Shown here: positions 27,892 to 36,003 of the stretch, in pieces
Numbering within the stretch: the stretch's first letter is position 1
Layout of the letters: each line of letters starts with the position of its first letter
From: a virus
IMG/VR virus record: IMGVR_UViG_3300025018_000101
Span: 91,237 to 155,236 of that record
Length of the DNA stretch: 64,000 bases
Reading direction: 5' to 3' (one strand)
The notes under the pieces: generated by a model
What the model was told of the DNA's origin: nothing
Databases searched by the model: none
The model's input: the letters and a program-made list of their open reading frames with translations, nothing else
Position numbers and translations under genes: made by a program

Positions 27892-28364
27892 GCGTCCTCC
27901 TCCTCGTGGTCGGCCGCCATGGCCGGCCGAATCCACCACCGCTCCCCCACCGCATCATGGTGCGAGCAGTTGATGTACAGGGTACGCCGGTGCGGCTTCG
28001 CCGTCACCCGCAGAATCAACTCGGTGCCCATCCGGCCGTCGCCGAGCGCCGAGTTCAGGAGCCTCCTGGCGTCCCGCTGGCGCGCGAGGAACTTCACTCC
28101 GCTGCGAGACCGCCAACCGGCTCCCTCCGCCTCGACGTGCCACTCAGGCACGTCGCCGCGCTTGTCCATCCAGGCCTGGATGGCCTCGTACAAGCACTCC
28201 CACTCGTAATTGGCGGCGTCACACACCTCGGCCTCGAGGTTCGACTCGAAGTCGGCGTCGCCCTCGACGCAGCCCGAGGCGTAGAGACCCTCAGTCGCCT
28301 GCTCGATGAGGTCGTCGACCCCCACGGTCCAGACCCAGCGGTCTGGGTGCACTTTCTTCGTCAT
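27888..28364 (-). CDS. Hypothetical protein
   Basis: Typical codon bias. Confidence 0.6.
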   Translation of the reverse strand: MTKKVHPDRWVWTVGVDDLIEQATEGLYASGCVEGDADFESNLEAEVCDAANYEWECLYEAIQAWMDKRGDVPEWHVEAEGAGWRSRSGVKFLARQRDARRLLNSALGDGRMGTELILRVTAKPHRRTLYINCSHHDAVGERWWIRPAMAADHEEEDA

Positions 28365-28367
28365 CCG

Positions 28368-29000
28368 TCACTTCCCACATGCGGGGCACGCATGGCTCTG
28401 GAAGCCGGTGCCCAGACAGACCGCGCACACTTGCGGACGCCCCCCGTCACGCTCCGGCCGGTAGACCACGCACGGCACGAGCCCCCGCGCGTGGAGGACG
28501 TCGGCCCGCTCCTGGGCCTCCGCGTACGTCCTGAGACGTTCGTACTCGACGATGTTGCCCGTCTTGTACATCACCCCGCCAGCGAGGGCGAGGTGCTCGC
28601 CGACGAGCTTCTGACGGTCGGGGTACCCGTAGGCCCAGCGGTCGGCCGCCGTGCGCAGGTCCTGAAGGGTCTCAGGGTCCGCGGGGGCCGCCTTCCACTC
28701 CGCCCGCATCTCGGCGAACTCGACGGTCGGTCGGGACTTCGCCTCCAGCCGGTACGCCCATGCGGTCGGCATCAGGCCACAGGGCAGTTCCCTCGGCGGC
28801 ACGTCCTCGGGGATTTGCGCCTCCGGGCTGCCGTAGCTCGCCACCACGACCTGCCCGACGCTACGGCTCGACATGTCGTGGTTGACGTAGACGGCCGCGC
28901 CGTCCCCTCGGGCCCACCACTTCTCGATCATGCTCCGAGACCTCGCGTCGAGGTCTCCACAGACCTCGTCGAACGGCTGGAGCTGCACGACATCAGACAT
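28368..29000 (-). CDS. Hypothetical protein with C-terminal CxxC pairs
   Basis: GGAGGT RBS; CAVC...CPAC. Confidence 0.6.
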   Translation of the reverse strand: MSDVVQLQPFDEVCGDLDARSRSMIEKWWARGDGAAVYVNHDMSSRSVGQVVVASYGSPEAQIPEDVPPRELPCGLMPTAWAYRLEAKSRPTVEFAEMRAEWKAAPADPETLQDLRTAADRWAYGYPDRQKLVGEHLALAGGVMYKTGNIVEYERLRTYAEAQERADVLHARGLVPCVVYRPERDGGRPQVCAVCLGTGFQSHACPACGK

Positions 29001-29676
29001 CAGGCACCTCCTCATGCACGCCTCGGGAAGCCGCCCTCACCCTTGCCCCGATCCCCTGGATGGCGAACGGCAGGGAGTCAGGCCATGGCCTCCCGGAGTA
29101 GCGGCAGACCTGGATAAGGCACGCCGGGTCAGGGGACCCGTCGTCGGAGTACACCCTGCGAAGCCCGGCACACGCCAGCCAGTCGAACTTGTCCTCGACA
29201 CCGCAGGAGTCGATCCCGCAGTCATCGATCAGCAGGACGTTGGACTCCGGCGCCCATGCAGGCTTGTGCTCCCCGACCGGAGTCGGTTCTTGAGTCGAAT
29301 GCACCGCCGCGAACAGCGTCGTCAGGCCGAACGCCTTGAGCGTGGCCTCGGCGTAGGGCAGGGTCGCGGAGGTCAGCAGCCTGACTTCCCCGAAGGTAGC
29401 AGCGCGCTTGAGCATGTGTCGGGCGCCGGGGCGAAGGAGGGCACAGTACTCCTGCGGGCCCACCGAGGAGGCGTGCATGATGCGCGTTGACGTCCACGCG
29501 CCATCGTTGCAGCAGACCCCCAGCATGTAGTCGACCCAGTCCTCCGGCCGCCATGACGCCCGAGGGCTCGACGGCGAGGGGCTCCTCCCGTCGACCCCGG
29601 AGGCGGGCACCTGGTAGGCCAGCGTGTGGTCCAGGTCGAAGAAGATGACCCAGGGCTCGTTTGGCGAATGTGGCAT
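28993..29676 (-). CDS. HAD-superfamily phosphatase (FCP1/NIF-like)
   Basis: FFDLDHTL, LRPG, LLTSA and LIDD motifs. Confidence 0.75.
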   Translation of the reverse strand: MPHSPNEPWVIFFDLDHTLAYQVPASGVDGRSPSPSSPRASWRPEDWVDYMLGVCCNDGAWTSTRIMHASSVGPQEYCALLRPGARHMLKRAATFGEVRLLTSATLPYAEATLKAFGLTTLFAAVHSTQEPTPVGEHKPAWAPESNVLLIDDCGIDSCGVEDKFDWLACAGLRRVYSDDGSPDPACLIQVCRYSGRPWPDSLPFAIQGIGARVRAASRGVHEEVPDV

Positions 29677-29677
29677 G

Positions 29678-30112
29678 TCAGTACTCCGCAGCGGTGACCG
29701 GCGACGTCGTCATCGCCTCGGCGATGTCGTAGATGTCCCCGAGGTTGATCCACTCGACCCGGCCATCCCACGCGATGGCCCTGGCGTGACCGCGGACGTA
29801 GCGACGGCCATCGCGGCCCGCGGCCATGCAGACCGCGACTTCACCCTCGGCCAGGTGCGCGAGGAAGAACGCGTCGATGTCGAACTCGACCTCCTCGACG
29901 CCCCCGTACGCATCAGGCTCGTCGCCGTCAGGGGCCCTGGGGACTTCGATCGAGCTCGGCCAGCCCTCGTCGGCCGAGATGGCGTAGCGCGTCTCCCCGA
30001 ACGCGTCGACGCGCTTGTGGACGTTGAACCCGGCCCTTTGGGCGCCGGAGTGGAAGTCGCTAGGGTCCTTGACCCTGACGTAGTTGGATCGCGCGAACTC
30101 CTCGTAGTTCAC
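29678..30112 (-). CDS. Phage hypothetical protein
   Basis: ARSNYVRVKD N-terminus; GTGA overlap. Confidence 0.6.
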   Translation of the reverse strand: MNYEEFARSNYVRVKDPSDFHSGAQRAGFNVHKRVDAFGETRYAISADEGWPSSIEVPRAPDGDEPDAYGGVEEVEFDIDAFFLAHLAEGEVAVCMAAGRDGRRYVRGHARAIAWDGRVEWINLGDIYDIAEAMTTSPVTAAEY

Positions 30113-30606
30113 GCGGACTCCTCCACGCGGGTCGCCCCGACGTCGTAGGTCGCGCGGGCCGCTCGCTTCATGAGCTGGTCACCGAAGACCGTCGAGTACG
30201 TCGGTGATTTGTGGACGCAGTCGAGCAGCGCCCAGTGCACCCGGACTCGTGAGAGGTCGGTGTCCCTGAGCGCCTCGGCGCTCAGGGACGCGATCACCCA
30301 GGTGGGCGTAGCGCCGTAGTAACCCACCGCCGTGACCTCCAGCACGACCGACCAGCCGTCCTCGGTGGGCATGATCGACCACTTCCACGGCCACCGAAGC
30401 GCCTGGGCGATGAGCAGCAGGCGGAGGTACCTCGGGTCGTCCGGGTCGACCAGCGGCGAAGTCGCCATCATCTCCGCCACCACGACCGCCGTCGTTCCTG
30501 GCGTCGCGACGTGTGACGCCTGCGCGATGCGCGTCCTGAACTCGCGGCGCGCCGCCACGTCGCGCGCGCTCGCCGCGCGCGACTTGTCTTTCACCGTATC
30601 GAACAT
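30109..30606 (-). CDS. Hypothetical protein
   Basis: First gene of a minus-strand operon; typical codon bias. Confidence 0.55.
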   Translation of the reverse strand: MFDTVKDKSRAASARDVAARREFRTRIAQASHVATPGTTAVVVAEMMATSPLVDPDDPRYLRLLLIAQALRWPWKWSIMPTEDGWSVVLEVTAVGYYGATPTWVIASLSAEALRDTDLSRVRVHWALLDCVHKSPTYSTVFGDQLMKRAARATYDVGATRVEESA

Positions 30607-30688
30607 CCTCCTATCCTCTCCATGTCATCGGTGTGCGTGACGTGATACCCTCGACAAGGCCATCGACCGCTCCCACAGGAGGCAAGCC

Positions 30689-31261
30689 ATGGACTTCGTG
30701 GTCGCCACGTTCTACACCTCGTTCACCTGGGCCGCCGCAGCGGTCCTGGTAGTCTCAGCGCTCATCGCTGGCACGCTCGTTCGCCTGGTGCGAGACACCG
30801 AGCGGAACGTGCGCGCATCGAAGCGGTCCCAGTCGTCGCCCTACACTCGGATCCTGCTGCGCGTGCTCGCGACGCTCCTTGGCATGATGGCGGGACCGGC
30901 CGTCAGCATGGGCTTGAGCGAGATCCCATCGGTGATGACCGACGGGATGAAGACGCCGTACGCAGGCCCAGGGCTCTACCTGTCGATGCTGCTGGGGTTC
31001 TTCGGCGGCCTGATGTTCACGATGATCATCGCGGCCGCAAAGGGACACCTCGCCAGGAACCCGTCGACGGCACCCTTTGCGGCCCTGCTGCCGACCATCG
31101 AGGACACCGACGCCCTCGACCGGGGCGAGATCAATCGCATGCTCATGGCCGACGAGGCTGGCCGGAGGGGCCTGCCGGCACCGAGCAGCGTCGAGTCAGG
31201 CGAGTCCGCCGATACGTCAGCGACCGACGGAGTGGGGCCCGACGACGGGGACGACGTCTGA
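30689..31261 (+). CDS. Membrane protein with 3 predicted TM helices (holin-like)
   Basis: AGGAGG RBS; three hydrophobic helices and a charged C-terminus; lone + strand gene. Confidence 0.6.
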   Translation: MDFVVATFYTSFTWAAAAVLVVSALIAGTLVRLVRDTERNVRASKRSQSSPYTRILLRVLATLLGMMAGPAVSMGLSEIPSVMTDGMKTPYAGPGLYLSMLLGFFGGLMFTMIIAAAKGHLARNPSTAPFAALLPTIEDTDALDRGEINRMLMADEAGRRGLPAPSSVESGESADTSATDGVGPDDGDDV

Positions 31262-32407
31262 CGGGTCGCCAAACGGGGCCTTCGGGTGCCCGCTCCTGCG
31301 CTTGCTCGTGGGGGGCGCCACTTGCGCGGGCTCGGCCGCCGTGTCCTCGGCCGGCTCCTCCGGCTCCTCCGAGCAGCTCAAGGGCAGCTCCATCGACTCG
31401 ACCTCGCCGAGGACCGGCGAGATGGACCCAGGCGCTACCAGCAGCGCGTCGAGCCTGGCGTTGAGGATGACGAAGCCCGCGGCCGTGCGGTGGCCGCCGC
31501 CGCCATGGGCCGCGGCGACCTCCGTCAGGTCGACGGTACCGTCGTCCGTACGCGCCCGGAGAGAGACCCGGGAGAGACCCGGGCCCACGCCCCGCACGAC
31601 CACGGCGACGCCCGCCTCCGGGAAGGCGTCGAGGAGCGCGGAGGCCACCTCGCTGTGCAGGTAGGACGCGCTCACCACGCGCGCAGGCAGCGTGGCGACC
31701 GTCGCACCGCCGTCGAGCGTGTACGCCAGGCCGGCCTCCCAGCTCGACTCGACGGCCGCACGGCATGCGGCCGCACGGGACATCGCCCAGGGGTCGAGCA
31801 GGCGCTCGAGTTCCGTGCGCGCCGAGATGTCCCACGTCGACGCACCGAGAATCCGGTTGAGCCGCTCCCAGGTCGTCGCCGTGATGGTCTCGGCGTAGAG
31901 CCACGCGTTGACGTCCTTCGACCGCCACAGCCTGTGCTGCCACGAGTCGTGGTCGTCGACGTAGGCCACGACCGGAGGCAAGGGCACGGTCGCGTGCGTG
32001 GCACGCCAGACGAGCAGCGCCGCCGAAGACGCCTGCTCGTTGTGGATGACCGTACACTGCGCGCCACCAGGCAGAGACCTCCGACTGACGAGCGTAGCCT
32101 CGCGGCTCGCCCATCGGTGGTGGTCGAAGATGGTCACAGGCTCTCGCAGGAGGGCCTTGTCGCCCACGAGCTCTTCGTCCGAGGGACGGCAGTCCACGAA
32201 CGCGAACTCCCGCGAGGCCGGGTCGTGCTCGAACGCCTCCACCCGGGTCAGGTAGTGGGGGGTACCGGGCTCCCGACCCCACGGGACGAGCACGCAGCGC
32301 AGTCCCACGCGGGACAGGTGCATGCTCAGCACGGTCGCGGCGCACTGGCCGTCGTTGTCGGTGTCGTGGATGATGAAGACGGCCTTCTCAGGCTTGGGGT
32401 CGGTCAT
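31217..32407 (-). CDS. DHH/DHHA1 phosphoesterase (NrnB/NrnA-like)
   Basis: HDTDNDG, FVD, FDHH, DHD and GGGGH motifs; AGGAG RBS. Confidence 0.85.
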   Translation of the reverse strand: MTDPKPEKAVFIIHDTDNDGQCAATVLSMHLSRVGLRCVLVPWGREPGTPHYLTRVEAFEHDPASREFAFVDCRPSDEELVGDKALLREPVTIFDHHRWASREATLVSRRSLPGGAQCTVIHNEQASSAALLVWRATHATVPLPPVVAYVDDHDSWQHRLWRSKDVNAWLYAETITATTWERLNRILGASTWDISARTELERLLDPWAMSRAAACRAAVESSWEAGLAYTLDGGATVATLPARVVSASYLHSEVASALLDAFPEAGVAVVVRGVGPGLSRVSLRARTDDGTVDLTEVAAAHGGGGHRTAAGFVILNARLDALLVAPGSISPVLGEVESMELPLSCSEEPEEPAEDTAAEPAQVAPPTSKRRSGHPKAPFGDPSDVVPVVGPHSVGR

Positions 32408-32658
32408 TGGATGCTCCTGTCGATCTTGATGCGCTCGAGGCTCCGCTTGAGCGTGTGGAAGCTCGCGAACGCCGTTCGCGGCAGGAGGAGCGTTGAGCTC
32501 GTGGCGGACGCAGTGCCGCTGCCAGACACCACCAGGATGAAGTGGTTCAGGAATGGCCGGACGGCACGTGCGTGCTCCCGGCTCCTGCTCGTCATCGCGG
32601 TGATCATGGCCTGTTCCCGCGTCGTGTCCGAGACGAACTCCAGGCAATATAGCGCCAT
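32404..32658 (-). CDS. Small hypothetical protein
   Basis: Coupled to neighbours on both sides. Confidence 0.45.
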   Translation of the reverse strand: MALYCLEFVSDTTREQAMITAMTSRSREHARAVRPFLNHFILVVSGSGTASATSSTLLLPRTAFASFHTLKRSLERIKIDRSIQ

Positions 32659-33191
32659 CAAGCGCCTCCACCGACGAAGAGAGGCCCAAGCGGGGTCGAG
32701 GCCACCAGCGCAGGGTGCCCCTTGAACACGTGGCGCTTGCGCCGGACGTGCGGTCCCTGAATCGTGGACACGATCCCCGGGAACAGGTCGCCTGAGGGTC
32801 CGACCCAGCGTTTGGCGACAGCGACGCGCAGGTCGGGATCGCCCTGCCATGACGGCTCGGTTGCCGTGTACAGCGACAGGGAGTACTTGCCGTCGCGGCG
32901 GAATTCGATGTCCCCCGCTCCGACCACGTAGTGCTCCGCCCCGTCCAGGGACGCCACCGCGCCCAACCACTCGATGAACTGCGCGAGCTCTGAGGGCACG
33001 TACCTCGGATGTCGGATGCGCGCCTTGAACTCGAAGACCCGAGCGGCGGCCAGGTCGACAGGCCCGAGAACGGACACGCCTCGCCCCAGCATGTAGGGCG
33101 CTGTCGGGTCCGAGTCGTCGCCGTCGTCCGGTCGCTGGTAGCGTGAGTCCTCGTCGAAGAACGACCAGGGTTTTCCGCCGGGCTCAGCCAT
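32658..33191 (-). CDS. Hypothetical protein
   Basis: GGAG RBS; typical codon bias. Confidence 0.55.
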   Translation of the reverse strand: MAEPGGKPWSFFDEDSRYQRPDDGDDSDPTAPYMLGRGVSVLGPVDLAAARVFEFKARIRHPRYVPSELAQFIEWLGAVASLDGAEHYVVGAGDIEFRRDGKYSLSLYTATEPSWQGDPDLRVAVAKRWVGPSGDLFPGIVSTIQGPHVRRKRHVFKGHPALVASTPLGPLFVGGGA

Positions 33192-33759
33192 GGAGCTCCA
33201 GCATGCAGCCCGCTCCCTGGCACTTCGAAGTGACGGCCGTGGCCGACAGAATGCGCGAGACCTCCAGCCACCCTACCTTGCCTTCGAAGATGAGCTTGAA
33301 GGCGGCGAGCGACCGGGCCGCACGGGCGTCCCGACACACGACGTTGAAGTTCTCGACGGCCGTGCCGTCCGGGAAGCGTACCTCGGCCTGCGTCAGCTCC
33401 GACACCTGCCGCGATGGCGAGTACAGCGTCCACGCGGCCACACCGAGTGCGTCCGCCAGGGCGTCGAGTTCCTTCATCGTGAGCTCTTGCCCGCGGCCGT
33501 CGAGCAGCGCCTGGACGCGCCGAGGGTCAGGCGTGACGGACAGTCCCGTGGTTGTCGACAGGCGCTCCGCCCATCGCTCGGCGACCCAGGAGGCGCTGCA
33601 CCCCTGGTCGTGCATCAGCGACCCAACTCGCTTCTGCAGCTTCTTCATGGTGACGACGGCGAGGCCGAACCGACGCAGCTTCGCGCCGGCGACCTTGACC
33701 GCGTCCGATTGAGAGAGGACGCCCCGCAACTGCGGGGCGTCCGGAACGTAGACGATCAT
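33184..33759 (-). CDS. XRE/Cro-C1-like HTH DNA-binding protein
   Basis: VQALLDGRGQELTMKELDALADALGV. Confidence 0.65.
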   Translation of the reverse strand: MIVYVPDAPQLRGVLSQSDAVKVAGAKLRRFGLAVVTMKKLQKRVGSLMHDQGCSASWVAERWAERLSTTTGLSVTPDPRRVQALLDGRGQELTMKELDALADALGVAAWTLYSPSRQVSELTQAEVRFPDGTAVENFNVVCRDARAARSLAAFKLIFEGKVGWLEVSRILSATAVTSKCQGAGCMLELHG

Positions 33760-33958
33760 CCTGATCAGCCTCCTTCCTCGAGGGTTGAAGCGGTCATCCG
33801 ACCGCAGACGGCGCAGGTGCCACACGGCAACCGAGCCGGGCGCTGGCACGAGCACGGCCGCGAGCAGCGGCGGCGCTTGACGATGACGACGACCTCCACG
33901 GGCACGTCGCCGCCCAGGGCCCCACATCGGGATTCGGGATGAAGACGGGCACGCTCTT

Positions 33959-34294
33959 TTACCAACGCGGAGCCTCCTCGGTGGAGACGGCCGCCGGAGA
34001 GAAGCCCCCGATCAACAGGGGCTGAAGCAGCTTCCACGCCTTCAGGACGCTCATCGCGCGCGGGTCGTCGCCCTGCCGGAACTCCACGGTCTGGTCCGAC
34101 TTCTTGTAGGTGATGGAGGCGTGGAAGAAGCCCGCCCCCACACCGTCGCGACCCTGGTACTCGATGCGTGACGGCGCCTCGGAGTCCTCGACGGCCAGGC
34201 ACCACGGGTGCTCGGAGGACGCCGGGTAGCGGTAGGCCTGGCGCACGATCGCTCGCCAGGCGCGGGCGTCGACCTTGCGGAGATACATGATCAT
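33959..34294 (-). CDS. Hypothetical protein
   Basis: 3' part of ORF 33959-34654 shows typical codon bias. Confidence 0.5.
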   Translation of the reverse strand: MIMYLRKVDARAWRAIVRQAYRYPASSEHPWCLAVEDSEAPSRIEYQGRDGVGAGFFHASITYKKSDQTVEFRQGDDPRAMSVLKAWKLLQPLLIGGFSPAAVSTEEAPRW

Positions 34295-34364
34295 GGGTAT
34301 GCTCCGGGGCATAGCGGGGGCGAAACACTCGACCCCGACGAACAGTCTACCCCCGGAGTCCAAC

Positions 34365-35000
34365 ATGTCGCAAGACCCGCCCGTCAGCGAGGGCCGCGCC
34401 GCCTTCACCAACTTCATGAAGGGCGGCGGACCGTTCGCCGCCCGTGACACCGTGCCCGGAGTCCCGGTCGAGACGACCGAGCCAGCGCGCACCCCCGCGC
34501 AGATGGAGGTCGACCGCCTGTCGGCCGAGATTGCCTCCCACGAGAGGGAGGCCGCGGACGTCAAGAACCGGGAGGCGGCATGGCTTGATGCGCTCAGCGC
34601 GGTGGGTCTGACGGCCTCCGAGGCCATCGCTATCCAGGACAGCGTCCTGCTCATGGGCCAGCTCTACACCCAGACGGTGCGGCTCTGGGACAAAGTGGAC
34701 GTGACGTTCACCATGCGCCGCAGCCAGAGCGGGTTCACCCTGTCGGAGCTCCTCGAGGACAAGCGCCCCTGGGCGCAGGCGTCCTTCAACTTGATGGTGG
34801 CGCAGTCGAACCTGCTCCACTCGCTCAAGGACTACGGCGGCCGCCACTTCGACCCATCTACCCCGGACGGCAGGGCGGCGACCAACGCGTTCCTGCAGAA
34901 CGTGCCTGACGTGGTGTACAACCGCCTCGTCGACGCGCTCGCGGCTTTCGACCAGCGCGTCTCGGTCATATTCGCGCCTGGGAGCGTCCGGGATTTCTGA
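34365..35000 (+). CDS. Putative tail assembly chaperone (short form)
   Basis: GGAG RBS; ends at the slippery G GAT TTC just before TGA. Confidence 0.65.
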   Translation: MSQDPPVSEGRAAFTNFMKGGGPFAARDTVPGVPVETTEPARTPAQMEVDRLSAEIASHEREAADVKNREAAWLDALSAVGLTASEAIAIQDSVLLMGQLYTQTVRLWDKVDVTFTMRRSQSGFTLSELLEDKRPWAQASFNLMVAQSNLLHSLKDYGGRHFDPSTPDGRAATNAFLQNVPDVVYNRLVDALAAFDQRVSVIFAPGSVRDF

Positions 35001-35356
35001 ATGACCCCGTCTCAAGGGCTCGGGCGCACTTCTACACCCGCGGGGTGCAGCTCGAGAGACGGGGTGGCCACCAGGACGCCCTCCTGCTGGCGGTCCGAGT
35101 CCGCGAGCTGCAGGAGATGCAGGCGAGAGAGCGTCTCGAGACCCGCCGCGCCATCCTCCTGGCGTCCGCCATGCCCGGCGGCAACCCGTCGGTCGGCATG
35201 CAGATGTCGGAGGAGTACGACCGCTACGTCTCCGCCCTGTGGGAACTGCAGTGGACGCCCGAGTACGCTCTGAAGAACCTTCAGGAGAAGATCCGGCGAG
35301 CCGAGCGCCTGCGGCGTGACGCCGCCGTCATCGCCAGGGTCGAGGCGATGGGTTGA
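34991..35356 (+). CDS. -1 frameshift extension of the tail assembly chaperone (long form)
   Basis: The -1 frame is open from GGATTTC: ...RDFLNDPVSRARAHFYTRGVQLERR... Confidence 0.65.
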   Translation, partial: GFLNDPVSRARAHFYTRGVQLERRGGHQDALLLAVRVRELQEMQARERLETRRAILLASAMPGGNPSVGMQMSEEYDRYVSALWELQWTPEYALKNLQEKIRRAERLRRDAAVIARVEAMG

Positions 35357-35954
35357 CAGGCGCCTTGTCGGTCTCCCGCCCGATGGACCGGAGCGCCTCT
35401 TCGAACAGTCGCAGGATGCTCCCCCCGACGTCGCTCACGTCGGAGGCGGGCATCGTCACGAGCTCGCTCGCCTCCCGGCCCGGGTGGTCCAGGTGCGCGA
35501 ACGACAGAAAGTTAACCACCGGGCGGCTCTCAGACTCGTCCCAGAGCAGGACTCGGCCCCAGCAAAGGTCGACGTCGACGCTCCAGTTCAGGTTGGAGAC
35601 GCTCAGATCCAGCACCAGCATCGCCGTCCGGCACGTGTCGGGCACGCCCGGCTCAGCGGGCCACACCCCGCCCACACGAGCGTAGGTCCACAACTCCGCG
35701 TCTCTCCGCCCGTGGTGGCCCGTGTATGCGTTGTACGCCCGGGACCACCCCCGCCAGGGGGTCCATGGGTGGACCGTCCCCTGTAGCGCACCGGTGACGC
35801 GGTGCACCGCAGCGCTCAGGCAGTCCGCCGAGATAGGGCTGTCCGCGCTGTCGAGTGCCGCGTTGAGCAGGCCGCATAGCCGCTCGCATTCGGAAGCGAG
35901 CAGGTAGTCGACCCTCGCGAGGTCGGCGTCCGTGTCGGCAAAGTTGTTCTCCAT
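35328..35954 (-). CDS. Hypothetical protein
   Basis: GGGGGCCGTATG start context. Confidence 0.6.
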   Translation of the reverse strand: MENNFADTDADLARVDYLLASECERLCGLLNAALDSADSPISADCLSAAVHRVTGALQGTVHPWTPWRGWSRAYNAYTGHHGRRDAELWTYARVGGVWPAEPGVPDTCRTAMLVLDLSVSNLNWSVDVDLCWGRVLLWDESESRPVVNFLSFAHLDHPGREASELVTMPASDVSDVGGSILRLFEEALRSIGRETDKAPVNPSPRPWR

Positions 35955-36003
35955 ACGGCCCCCCATTGTGTTGTGGGCCCCGAGGGGCCCGTGGTTGTTT
36001 CGA

